Positions 1 to 12,149 of a stretch of 64,000 nt of DNA are shown piece by piece. This DNA is from Marsupella aquatica (lineage: Eukaryota > Plantae > Marchantiophyta), in assembly GCA_973895155.1 (NCBI GenBank), contig OZ316896.1:18464754-18528753 (forward strand). Direction: 5' to 3'. A program made the translations under genes and the position numbers. Numbering within the stretch: the stretch's first letter is position 1; every line of letters begins with the position of its first letter. The notes under the pieces are model-generated. The model saw only the letters and a program-made list of their open reading frames with translations. It had not been told where the DNA came from and did no database searches.

Positions 1-434
1 AAATGGGTCCGAAACCAAGCCAGGCGAAGCATGATCGACAATAAACAATCGGGCCAAAGGAAAGACTTGATGCTGACGCAAAACTTAATTGCACTGGTGT
101 TATTAATAAAGACTGAGCGGTAAGGGTCCTAGGGAGCGATTTAGATGAATGCAGGACCCGTGAGAAGAAACACTTCCGAAACTTACTTTCGTTGTCAGAG
201 GCATCCTCATGAAAACGTACGTATACTTTACATGTACAATTGCAGATCCCGTGATTGACAATTGGGAAATACTTGTTTCAGAGACGTGGCTAGTACTGTA
301 GACGACGCAATGGTAGCAATCTAGCTTGTTTGCTCCCGACTGGCTCCACGCCTTGGCCAACTGTAAGGGGCTGCAGTCTGTCCAAAGACGACAGGAACGA
401 TCCTATGTATGCAAACTTCGGCAAGTCATGGAAG

Positions 435-1052
435 CTAGCTGTGGAGAGAATAGGCAGGATCATCTCGAGCTAGCTTCCAGAAAGAAGGCCTAACTGTCAA
501 ATCCGGCTGGTGGTCTTCGCGAATTTGTCCTAGAAGTTGAATTGAAGATTGGTCGGTCGTATCAAAGCGGGTATTAAAGTCCATAAGCGGCACCCATCCT
601 CTCCCTTTACCAGGCGCCTGCCTAGACCGTCTCACAAATTTCGCCCTCCACAATCTCCTCCTCCTCACCCCTTTGGCCGTCGTCCTCATCATAAGTCTCG
701 CGAGGGTGAACTTAAAACGGGGCCTCAGGTCAAAAAAAAAAAAACTAGAGCCAGATGACTTCACTGGACTCTGAACTTGAGGCTCTTTGGCGATCTCTTT
801 ATACTGATCGGGAATTGGGTACATAATGTAACACTGACCTAGACTTAGACGCTCTTCTGGATCCATTACTTTGATATGACGACGCTCTCCGGGAGCCACA
901 GCATCATCGGAGCAGTGAATCACCAAGTAATCTGGATGCAGCGCCATCAACATTGCGACCTGAATGCTATAGTCGTACTCCACAATGATTCCATCCGGCC
1001 GAATCAGTCGAGCTGAGTACTTCCCGCCCATGCGTTGCGATGTATTGCCCAT
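435..1052 (-). CDS. DUF4228/PADRE-domain protein, single exon, ~205 aa
   Basis: Likely start is the ATG at 1052 (MGNTSQ, N-myristoylation-like). ARLIRPDGIIVEY..VAMLMALHPDYLV..VMDPEERLSLGQCYIMYP resembles the PADRE N-terminal domain; GWVPL resembles the C-terminal WxPxL motif. Confidence 0.75.
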   Translation of the reverse strand: MGNTSQRMGGKYSARLIRPDGIIVEYDYSIQVAMLMALHPDYLVIHCSDDAVAPGERRHIKVMDPEERLSLGQCYIMYPIPDQYKEIAKEPQVQSPVKSSGSSFFFFDLRPRFKFTLARLMMRTTAKGVRRRRLWRAKFVRRSRQAPGKGRGWVPLMDFNTRFDTTDQSSIQLLGQIREDHQPDLTVRPSFWKLARDDPAYSLHS

Positions 1053-3369
1053 GGTGATGCTAAAACCTGTTCCCAATGTACAAATCCTCCGAAAATAGTC
1101 TTCGCAAAGTGGGTCACTTCTCTCCAAGAGATGGAAATGACTGAGTCAACGAGAAACCTGCTGATCCACCGAACAGACCCCTAACGCTCAGCGTCCTAAT
1201 AGCGATTTGAAATTGGGAAGTTATGCCAGGTGTTGCGAGTGAAACGACCCAAGAGACGCGCAGCTTCCAATTTCTTCTAATGTTTCGGACACAGTCGATA
1301 CAAGCCCGCCCAGCAATGGTTCGATGGAGATAACTCCCTTTTCTGTTGCAGTCCGGTATAGGGCTTCACACTTACGATCCACGAGATGCCACCCGCGTAC
1401 GTCTAAGTTCAAAAGAAAACAATGGTCAAATCAACAAATTTGCAAAAGTACGCACTCCAGGATTACATCTGCATTGACCAGTTTAGCCAAAGTCCACCTG
1501 ACCGATATGACGAGTACACTACAATCAAAGCACTCTTTAAGACTGATTTACTGTCAGAGCCCGAGCCGGATAGCCAATTTCTGTCAAGAAGACGTGTGCA
1601 GAACACGGAATGCTAATTCAAGCGGTAGCGATACTGAGGAATGCCTACAAATGAACGACCCAGTTCAGAAGCTCAGATGTATACTCCTCTCCTTTGAATG
1701 AACAGCCTCGACAGTAAACAAACATGTCTATCAAAGCGCGCTTGCAAAGAAAAAAGTGGAGTGACAGGAATCTGAACGGCCTACCATGAATACCAATCAA
1801 ATTCGAGTGGCCCTGTCTAGACCTACCTTTCCAACCGTCCTTTGCAATGACCGAATGGTGCCACGTAGAATATGAACGACTGCAGCGCGTATGCGTATTA
1901 ATTTGATGAATGGCCCAGTCCGCTTCGACGTACCGGGGATTCACCTTCGTCAGCCCAATCGTCCTTTCGAAGCGAGAATAGTGCAAGGCACAGAATCAGG
2001 CCCCGATTCTGTGGGACTGTGGAGTGAGCAACGTTTCTGTTCCCGATGAAAACAATTTTTAAAAAAGGGGAGAAGCGTGCGAGCTTGCAGGGAGGCTAAT
2101 AATAAGGGCATGGGATGGTTCTGTAGTGGACACGACTGGACAGGAATCGGGACAGGAAAGGAGTTGTCAGTAGAGATTAGGTCATTAGGCTATTGTTTAT
2201 CACTCCTAAGCAGAAGGTGACAGTGTGGTCGCAGAGTTATCGAGGGGTGAAGTTGCCTTAAAACACTGTTTGTTGCGTTGATTCTCCTCGTAAATTACGG
2301 ACTATCTTTCTTGGTGTGGAGTCTCTTCTGCTGGTTAGTGAGCTGAAGGAGCACGAGGTTGGTAAGTCTGGAAACGTGCCGACGACTGGATCAGACTTGA
2401 TCACTTTACTTCAAATCAGCCTTAATTTTAATTTTGTCTTTGGAACACGAAAGCGAGCCCCCACCACCTGCGCCCTTTATGTGGGCATTAATTAATTGTT
2501 CCTTGTACTCAACGTATTTCTATTTGCATTTCATTCCACCGGTCTCTGGTTGGAGACTCTTGGGCTTCTTTCGTCTTCTTGCTGTAATTCCCTTTTTCTC
2601 CCTTTTATTGGGGGAGTCCCAGCAGCGTATTTTTTAAGGGCCTTTTGTTTTAGCCAATGTGGCAAATGTTTGCTACTCTTAGGGAGTAGATTCTAGGAAT
2701 GTTCTCTATCATATTTTACTGAATTAAATCATGGCCATCAGATATTCCTAGATTAAAGAGGATCTTTAGATTCTGGCTAATGGGGTAATATGGTGTTAAA
2801 TAAATCTAGCGGATATTAGCCAAAAGTGGCGAACATTTTTGGGGGAAGTGGAATTTGGCACAAATTTGCAATTAAAAAATACAATGGTCTCCAGGTCTCT
2901 ACATTGTTGGAGACTATGGGCTTATTTGGTCTTGTTGCTGTTTTCACTCATTCTCGCCTTTATTGGGTCTCGGGCCTTTGGAATACTGTCTCCCTGTTTG
3001 GGGAGTGTTATATATATATAACAAGGATTGCTAGGTTTGAGGTTTCCCTTCACAAACTTAATCTAATGCCCTCAGTGACTTTTCTCTCTAATTTATCTGT
3101 GGTGGTTTAGAGAGAAGAATGCACACTCCAGATTTGGAAGGGGGCACTATGAAATGTCTCCTCCACTTCTACTAAACATTGTAAAATTAAAAGAAACCTC
3201 CCAGGCCTTACTGTAGCCCAGAGCATTGTGGACAATAATAGTCCTTCAAAACTAGAGTTAAAGCCCTCATTTTCTGAGTAGTTCTGGTCCACAATACCCT
3301 GTCCACAGAGTGGTACTCTGTCCCTCATGCCCTTAATTGTTTTTCCAAAACTAGAGTCCACATGTTAGG

Positions 3370-3549
3370 TATTTTGGGAGACTCACTCCAGTCCATGTAG
3401 GACTAGTAGATTTCTTGTTCTAAGTGACCTCTCAATTTCAGGTATCCCTAAAGTTGACTAATATTTTGGGAGACCCACTCCAGTCCATGTAGGATTACTA
3501 CAGTGATTTCTTGTCCAAGTGACCTCTCAATTTCAGGTATCCCTAAAGT
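3370..3549. repeat. Two-copy tandem duplication, ~93-bp period
   Basis: tattttgggagacYcactccagtccatgtagga...gtgacctctcaatttcaggtatccctaaagt occurs twice in tandem. Confidence 0.9.
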
Positions 3550-4743
3550 GTACCAGTTAACTTGATTGGTTGAATTTATTTCAGCTGAAGTGATCTGGGC
3601 CGGAAAATGGCCCAGAAAATATTATCTAGAGCCATACTGTCTAAAACGAACCCAGACCATATTGGAAACTTTATCTTACACAGGATTATCCTATCATATT
3701 GTTGAGCCTGTTATGACCAGTGGGTTTGGTCAAGGGCCTCTTATGGTCCCCCTCAGTCTTTGAGCTCCTGGCTATGGAGGTCAAACTGTAGCACAGTTTT
3801 CGCGCCATTTCGACTACCCTCCCGTACTCAGTTTTTCTCGGAATCCAGTTTTCTCAGTTGCATTAGCTTGCTCTTGCCGAGGCGCATCAAATCGATATAA
3901 AACACGTCCAAAACGGTGCCGTATCAACATACTTATGGTCACATTCGTTTTCGTCGTTTTTCAGTCGTTTTTCTACGATTTTCGTCTTCCTTTCGACGGT
4001 CATATCTCGGTCAATCTTTCACGGATTTCAGATTTCTCAAGTGCTTTGTATAGCTCTTCTCCGGGAGCATCAGATTGATCCCAAGAGCGGTCCAATTGGT
4101 CTCCTATTGCCCCGATTGGACTTTGATTAGCTCTCACATTTTTTCTTCAATTTCCACCGTTCTCACTTTCAATTAGCTTTAGGGTCCTGTAGCAGTTCCT
4201 CGTTCACGGAATCCGGCATTCTCATGTGATTTGGCCAGCTCTTGTCCGGGAGTGCAACATCTATCCCTACCGCGATCCTTTTGGTGACATATCAACCACT
4301 TTCGGCTCCGATTACGATTCTGATTTACTCCTCCATTTTTGGTGACGGTTTCCCTTGATCAGCTTTGGAGCATTCCTGGCTTGCCACGTTTCTCCTCCGA
4401 TTGGTGGTTGCCTTTCTTCTTCAGTTCTGACAAGGTGGTTTTTGCCAAGTTTAGTGGACCAGTTTGCATTCCACCATCTTTGGGAGCTGTAGCAGCACAC
4501 TCAAATCAGCGGAGAGATATTCACTCGCATCGACTCCTCAACGGACACATTGACGAGAGCTCCAGCTTTGTTCCCAGCTGTGCCTGCACGTGCTCAACGG
4601 TTTTCTAGGCTAGCGGGGGCGCCGCTTCTCGGATTTTGACGCGGTGGGCTCTCTCCATAGCCTTCCCTTTCTTTTCACATGTCTTGGTTGGGCCTTTTGT
4701 TGCTTCTTGATGCGCTTTTGCTTTTATCGGGTTGCGACCTGTC

Positions 4744-7700
4744 ATGTCTACGTTGAGAGTGTTGGCGCGGGGCAAGCGCCCAACCCCCCCACACAGTTCT
4801 CCCCCCTCCTCCCCCCCGCCTCGTGGTCGCCTTCGTGTTTGCTCTTCTTCATTGGATCTCTCTCATCTTCGTGATGACCCCATGCCCGATGTTCTGCCGG
4901 TCCCCCCAGTCTACTGCCCACCCCATCGACGCCCTGGCTCCTCTCCCCAGCCCATTCCCCCTCCACCCCTCCAGCATCCCCCTCCGGCCTCTTCATCCAC
5001 ATCGGTTCCCCCCCCCCACCTCCTGTCCAGTCGTTCCCTGCTCCCTCCCCAGACGAGCGTCCCCTGCATACTTGTCCTGAGTGTGACTGGGTTGGCCTCT
5101 CCCTTCCTCATCACCGCGGGCGGGGCCGGTGCCAACGTCGCCAGCAAGCCCAATCCCAGCCCCAGCCCCCTCTTGACCCAATTAGCTCTGCCCCTCCTTC
5201 CTTGGAGGCTCCGAGCAGGCATGGAGTTGGGTTCGCTCTCTAGACCCCCTTCCAGCCTACCATCCAGGGTACATTAGACCTCGCCTTTATAACCACATCT
5301 CACTAGCGTTGCGCCCATTAGTTCGGTCATCCTTGTTGCAACTCATGCAGCTTATCTTGGCGCATCCTATCGAGGTCTCCTATTGGTCTTTACTCATGCT
5401 TTTTCCACAGTGGACTCTTACCCTCCCTAGTCACGGTGGTCGCGTGGGTCATCGTGAGACTGCCTCTCGTATCCATCGTTTTCTGCGGGGAGATTGGGAA
5501 CAGCTTCAGGAAGAGTACTTTCTTCGAGCCCGTTCCTTTACTACCCGTGCTTTGTCTGACCCAGCTCGCCACTCTCATCCTCTAGAGCACAGACACCTTC
5601 GTCGCTCTTGTCGTTTGGCCCAGGCTGGTGAATATCGTCGTGCGGTCCAGGCCCTTTCTCCCACCACACCAGCCCCCCCTGGCGAGGTCACCTTGACGGC
5701 CCTTCAGGATCTCCATCCGCAGCCCTATGATCAGCTCCCTTTGTTCGTGGAGGATTTTGAGCCTGAGGAGGATCTTCAGTTTAGTAGGGACCACTTCACC
5801 TATGCTTTCCTCCATGCTCCGCGTTGCGCGGCTGGTGGCCCCTCTGGCTATGTCTTTGAGCATTTTCGTGATTTATTCCCCCCTGAGGATCCTCAGTCTG
5901 GTTTTCCAGTTTTCTTCTCCTTTTGCCAGTGTATTGTTGCCGGCCGTTTGCCTCCTCCCGTCTCTCGGCTTTTGAGTGCTTCTCGTTTATTGGCCATGGC
6001 TAAGTCTTCACCGGGTGTTCGGCCCATAGCTATTGGAGAGGTTTTTCTTCGTCTGGTGTCTCGCGCACTTTCATCGCAGTATCGCTCTGCACTATCGGAT
6101 CATCTCTCTCCACATCAGTTTGCAGTGGGCGTTCCTGGCGGTTGTGAGACAGTTATTGCGGGTATTCGTACTACCTTGGACCTCCACCCTGATTGGGTTG
6201 TCCTCCAGGTTGATGTCTCCAATGCTTTCAATACGGTTTCTCGGGCAGCAATTTTTCGTGCTTTGAGGGCAGCGGATCCAGACATCCAGTCCCTTATCCC
6301 CTTTGTCCGTTGTTTTTATGGGTGTGAGGCCCCCCTCTTCTATAGTCATCACACCTCTACAGGAGTGTATACCACTCTTTCTTCTGCAGAAGGTACACGT
6401 CAGGGTGACCCTTTGGGTGGGCCTCTTTTTGCCATTGCCCATTTTACTGCTTTACGAGAAGCCTCCGCGGCCCACCCCCAGTGTATCTTCCCCTCCCTTT
6501 CAGATGACACCCACATCATTGGTCCACCTTTTGCTGTTACTTCTGCCCTCGCCACCCTTTCCACCCATTTGTTGGGCCTCGGTTTACGAGTACAGCTGGT
6601 GAAGAGTCGTGCATGGAGTCCAGCTGGGTTACCCTCTGATCTTGCGCTTCCCCCTGGGTTCTTACGTCCTACCGACGGTCTTCGGGTCCTTGGCTCCCCA
6701 GTCGGTACCGCCTCCTTTTGCTCATCTTTCATTGCTGACGCTCTCCAGGCTGCCTTAGCCCCTACTCCTATGCTCCCTAAGTTAGCAGACTCTCAGGCAG
6801 CATTTGGGTTGTTATTGAGATGCATCCACCCTCGTGCGTCCTATTTGGCTCGGACACATCCCCCTACCGAGGATCTTTCTCTACACCTCCGAGCGTTTGA
6901 TGTCTCCATTCGTGAGACTTTGGCCTCTCTTTTAGGGCCAGGTACTTTACTCTCATCTCCGTGGCTTCATCGACAGCTCAGTCTTCCTATTTCTCACGGT
7001 GGTTTTGGGCTTACTTCCACTGAGCGCCTTGCACCTTTGGCCTTCTTGGGCGCGTGGGCGGCCGCCTTCTCATTGTTGGCAGATCGTTTCCTTATTGAGG
7101 ATCGACCTTTTTTACTTTCATCTCTCATGGAGGTCGAGGAGGGTTCACTCCCATTTCAGGTTCATTTGCGCATGGCTCGATCATCATTACCCGATCCTGT
7201 TCGAGCTGCGTTACCTTCATTCCAGGAGTTTTTATCCTTGGACCCCGTCCGTCTTCAGGCAGACCTTGCTGGACGTATGCACGCTTTCACCCTCTCCAGC
7301 ATCCTCACCGAGGCACCTGACACGGACCGAGCTCAGATTCTTTCTTCCGGAGGGAAGGGCGCAGGAGGCTGGCTTCAGGCCAATCCAGTCATTCCTCACC
7401 TGCGGATGTCTTCAGCGGAGTTTGCGACAGCCATGCGTCTTCGTATGGGCTTGCCCCACCCACTTCTTGTTGGTTTACCTCCTACTTGCACTTGTGGGAA
7501 GCCTTGTGATGCCACAGGTGTCCATCTTCTTCAATGCAGTTTGGGCGGTGAAACCATTTTTGTTCACGACGCTGTGAGAGATGCGACTGCTCAGGTTCTC
7601 TCTGGCTCTTTGGTCTGCGCGCGGCGGGAGGTGGTGCTCGAGTTACCTGGTCCTCCATCACAGCGGTTACGGGTGGATCTTACCATGGTCCGTGACGGTC

Positions 7701-8140
7701 ACCGTACTTTGGCAGATGTAGTGGTGGCAAACCCATTGCGCCAAGACATCATTGGGACAGCGGCAACAACGGCAGGGGCAGCAGCATCACGAGCAGCACA
7801 AACGAAGGAGGCCAAATATGCTCCACGAGCTTCATCTGATAGCTTCCTGCCCCTTGCTCTTGAGATATTTGGGCGTCTCCATCATCAGTTCGACGGGCTT
7901 CTTCGCCAAGCTGCTCGGGATGTTCACGGCCGGATGGGTCCCACCGGGCCCCCGCTATCTGTTTTGACCACGCACTTTTGCCAACGCATTTCAGTCACCT
8001 TACAGCGTGCTCAAGCTCGGGCCGTCTATCGTCGATCTCTGACAGTGGGTGCTAGTGTGACTCCGCAGCGGCTAGCCCCCCTAGAGGACATTCCTGTCCC
8101 ACTTGCCGATCTAGTTTCGACACTTGATGTAGACCACTAG
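4744..8140 (+). CDS. Retrotransposon polyprotein (ZnF-RT-RLE); 5' part split by two single-base frameshifts, open from 5186 to 8140
   Basis: RT motifs VRPIAIGE, PHQFAVGVPGG, QVDVSNAFN, GTRQGDPLGG, SLSDD, LRVLGSPVG, LSLPISHGGFG; knuckle CTC-x9-H-x3-C; HDAVRD; RLE motifs RVD..LADV..KEAKY..FLPLALEIFG. Upstream frames give MSTLRV (ATG 4744) and HTCPECDWVGLSLPHHRGRGRC (~5067-5132). Confidence 0.85.
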
Positions 8141-8201
8141 CTTGTAGCCACATTTGCTAGGTATGATGAGGACCTCGGTCCATTTGCGGTAGTTTTAGTT
8201 A

Positions 8202-8291
8202 CTCTTTCTTGGTTTTTAGGGGTTTCCTTTTGCTCACTTCTTTTAGTTCCTCTTTCTTGGTTTTTAGGGTTTCCTTTTGCTCACTTCTTTT
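8202..8291 (+). repeat. Tandem duplication (~48-bp period) in the retrotransposon 3' UTR
   Basis: ctctttcttggtttttaggg(g)tttccttttgctcacttctttt twice. Confidence 0.9.
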
Positions 8292-9587
8292 GCGTTTGGT
8301 TTTGTCCACTTGGGACCTCTCTTGTTTATTCTTTTGTACTCTATTTGGCCTTTTTCTGTATAAAGTATGTGTATATCCATCTTATGAACTGTTTTTGATG
8401 AAATCTAAAAGCAAATTTTGGAAATCACTGTTCAGTTTGTGTCCTCTCGTTCTTGTGAAGCCCCATACTAGAGGTTTTAGTGGCCGCCTGCCTTGAGGAA
8501 ACTTGAGGGGAAACCCCACCATCACTGACCGGTAGGCTATACACAAAGAGAGCCCAGCAAACCGGGGCTATTTCTATTGACTTTGCAACGGCCATTTTTG
8601 GATTGTTGGTGGGCTGCTGATCTTGTGGGGTCTAACTTTGTGCTGAACAGTGCTTTGTTGCAATAGCTTTTTGGACTGTAGCGGGGAGTGGCACGGACGC
8701 ACGGTCATGGTTGAGTACTTTGACTCAACTTTCTTGTCTTTGTAAATTGAGAAACTGCCCATGTCAAGCCTCATACCTCGCTGTTGTGCATTCACCTACA
8801 ATTGTTTTAGATTTTACTAGCTTAATTACCTATCCCTTGAACAGAAATAGAGGTGAGGACAAAAAGGAATTTTACAAAACAAGGATTCATTGCTATTTTA
8901 GTTCACCTTTTCCCCCATTTTGTCTGCATCCTCAGTTTCAGTTATGCCCTTATTAGTTAGAGTTATGGTCTAGAGACTTCACTCTAGACAGCGGGCCCAC
9001 AGAGTATCTTTTGATTACTATTATATACTTACTAACCTTGAGTACCCTTTCTGTGAACAGAACAGAGGGTTGAGGACAAAAAACTCCTTGCAAAAAAAGA
9101 GTCTGGGCTCTTTTGGTTGGGTTGGCTTGGCTTTTTGGTTGGGTTGGGGTGGGGAGGGGAGGGAAGGGGGTGGAGGACGGAAGGGAGATGCTGCTGAGAG
9201 TGTGCGTTGCTTGTGCATGCGGGACACAAAAGCTTGGGTGTGGTGTTGTTTCGCATCGCTTTGCTTTGGAGTGTTGTGTGGCCATGGCAGGCTCATCATC
9301 ATGATGGCAACAGCAGTTTGTGTGTAGAGTGAAGAAGCCAGAAGGAGAGCAGCACAGCTTTTGAAGCACTAATGGGGGTTGAAGTTCTAGAAGAGGAGTT
9401 GTTGTCCTAGAGTTGAAGAAAGGATAGAGCTGCTTGGGTTCTCAGGAGGCTTTTGGTTTGGGTCTCCTTGGCTTGTTTTTTTCTTGGGGCCCTTCCCCCT
9501 CTTTTCCTCCCCTTCTTTGGGTTGCTTTGCCTTTGGGTTCTTGTCTCCCAGTTTGGCGTCTTTTGCCCTTTGGCACTGTGATATACA

Positions 9588-9919
9588 TTTTGGTTCATCT
9601 TTCAGTCTGTGTTTTGTGACTTAGATTAGAGTCATGGTCTACTGTAGAGACTTCACTCTAGGGCTGTGTTTTGTGACTTAGAGTAGAGCCATGGTCTCGA
9701 GACTTCACTCTAGAACTGTTTTGGTTCATCTTTCCATCTCTGCGGGTTGTGACTTAGAGTAGAGTCATGGTCTAGAGACTTCACTCTAAGGCGGTGTTTT
9801 GTGACTTAAGAGTGGAATCATGGTCTAGAGACTTCAATCTAGGACTGATTTGGTTCATCTTTCCATCTCTGTGTTTTGTGACTTAGAGTAGAGTCATGGT
9901 CGAGAGACTTCACTCTAGA
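9588..9919. repeat. Minisatellite with higher-order structure: five ~50-bp units plus three ~23-bp linkers
   Basis: gtgttttgtgacttagagtagagtcatggtctagagacttcactctag units; linker tttggttcatctttc before units 1, 3 and 5; a solitary partial unit at ~8955-8989. Confidence 0.9.
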
Positions 9920-10549
9920 CGGTAGGTCCTAAAAGTTAAGTTTCTTCCATTGGCGATTATTAGTAGGATAGATAGAGGATACTAGTCTGATTATGTGTTC
10001 TTTGAATGTAAATAGAGGGGAGGGCAAGTCAAAGGATGGACAATCAGATTCTCTATTGTCAACCGTTCCGATTCACATATTTTACAATGACTTGCTTTCA
10101 ATCCCTGTCTCCACCTGCACCCTCATCTTTCAATAATCAATAATGCTCTAGAGTCACAGTCTAGAGACTTGAGACAGAAGTTAACCTCAACAACCTCTCT
10201 CACCCTCAACCAAGGGGACAGGGGAGTGGGCCAGCCAACTATGAGGAGGCAGAGCAAGAGCAAAGAAGAGACCCATGCTAATTTCAAGGATTGTAGAAGT
10301 GTTGCAGTTAAGGTAGAGGACAGGGACAACCATCCAACTATAAATTCTAACCGATGTTGACTGCTGAACTATTTCAGGCTAACTATAGTTAATAAATAGT
10401 GACTAGAGGAAGCCTAGTGCCTTCTTCTGAAAAGTAAGGATAAAGAAACCTCGATGTGGTTCTTGATTCGCCTTTATTGATTTGGCTTGCTAGATAAAGA
10501 ACCTCCATACTGCGGTTGATTCTTCCTTTCCCACGATTGCAGATCAATG

Positions 10550-10751
10550 TTGGTATCTAAATCACCATTTATCCACAAAACCTATGGAGAGAACACTTCT
10601 AGACCATTGTTAAAGCCTTCACAACACTTCAAATCATAGTATATATATGAGATTCTTTTGGTATCTAACTCATATCGGTCCACACAACCAATGGAGAGGG
10701 TCCCTCTTGAATTGTTTTTAAAGCCTTTATGAGACTTTAAATCATAGTATA
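10550..10751. repeat. Diverged two-copy tandem repeat, ~110 bp
   Basis: ttggtatctaa..tccaca.aacc.atggagag..ttaaagcctt..aaatcatagtata twice. Confidence 0.75.
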
Positions 10752-12149
10752 ACGGTGAGACGATGATAGACGATAAGTCACCCTTGGTGCGCTAGGGATG
10801 CACATTTTCCTCAATGTCACAAAACATTGGCGGTCTCACCATTCCACCGGCATGCTATTGCCAGTATTTCTTCTTCAAATTGTTTGTCCTGTCCATTTGA
10901 TCTTTTCCGAGGATGGCAAAGGGTGAGATGCGCTTGGTTCAGACGAATGTTTTTCAGGAGGACTGAGCGTTTTTAATCTGGAAAACACATGAATAGTTGC
11001 TGTCTAAGTAGATCCTCAATCTCAAGAGTCAGATGTAATAGTTCAAAGCTGCTTATAGACTTTCAGAATTCACAATTGCAAGTCTCTCAGACTTTTCTCC
11101 TCCACCTTCAGGACTCAGCATTACAGCTTCTGTGAGGTTATGAAGCTTCGCTAACTGGCCAGCACGTTCCACATGCAAGAGGTAACTTCAGACTTGGGGT
11201 ATGGTAAGCTCATCAATAGGAAGTTGTCCACCAATCAATAATGCCAACGGTTTCTTCAGACAGGTCAACAGAGAAAAATGCCGCCCAAAATTGCGATCTT
11301 TCACACCTCCCAACTGGTAAAGAGATCCTTCAGGTTGAGGAAACTGGCCAAAACTCCACTAAATCGGTGAAAGGTTGCAGCTCCAAAGTATGACGCTTGT
11401 TTCCTAATCTATCACGCTTGTTTCCTAATCTATCAGGCACGTGGGCCGCTACTACAGATGGAAATGCGGTCAGCTCTTTCATCTCTACTTGCGTTCATGG
11501 AAGCCCACATAATTTCATCGAGTGCGTGTGAGAGGGGCCATGCTAGAAGGAGATTAAACTTCGTCAGCCGAACCCACATTAGTATTGAAAAAGAGAAGTA
11601 CAAGAATTGAAAGGATAAGCCATTTGCTAAAGGGTTTGCCTGCTGATAAACCAGGCCAGTGCACAGACGGGATGCTGTTGCCATATCAAATATTTACTGC
11701 GCTAGAAGCAATGAACTTATTCCTAGAAGGACCTGCAAGGAAGATGGCACTCTACATCTCCTACCTCTGATCAACTAGAGGAGGCACACAAACAGGGGTG
11801 CCAATCAAAAAATTTGTGAACACTTTTCTTTTTAACATCTGCGTGAAACAGGGATTCAAGCCAGTGAGAGTAGCTATTCAGTCGTATTGCAAGACGGTAC
11901 ACATGACTTATTTACAGACAACCAAGTGTACCTTTGGTGATTCTTGAAAGCATATTCTTTGCGACAAGTATTCTCGGTGGTTCTAACTCGATATCCATAC
12001 AGCAGCAAACGTGATTTCGTTCTGATGACACCAGACCAGGTCTTACCACTTGGAGAAAACGACCATAACACTGGATGGATTGTACTCCAAAGAAATGCTC
12101 GTGCACCAGAAGAAAAGCGGAATATTTAGTCGTGGACAATGTCACCACA

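Larger units (their letters stand above)
3790..8410 (+). mobile_element. CRE-clade-like non-LTR retrotransposon (RT plus restriction-like endonuclease), near full length
   Basis: Long 5' region with ~184-bp degenerate monomers, Pro-rich N-terminus, zinc finger, RT, Cys/His knuckle, RLE endonuclease, then a T-rich 3' UTR ending near gatgaaatctaaaa (~8410). Boundaries are approximate and no TSD was found. Confidence 0.8.

Noticed and set aside
2766-2782. 17-mer tagattctggctaatgg shared with 25782-25798
   Set aside because: Probably a fragment of a dispersed repeat; flanking similarity is too weak to define an element.
3590-3790. Possible 5' ribozyme or TSD for the CRE-like element (hairpin ctgggcc..ggcccag)
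   Set aside because: No HDV or hammerhead core could be built by eye, and no sequence matched the 3' flank after 8410.
10850-11760. Coding-like minus-strand stretch downstream of SDH6
   Set aside because: Multiple stops, no recognisable family and no consistent exon chain.
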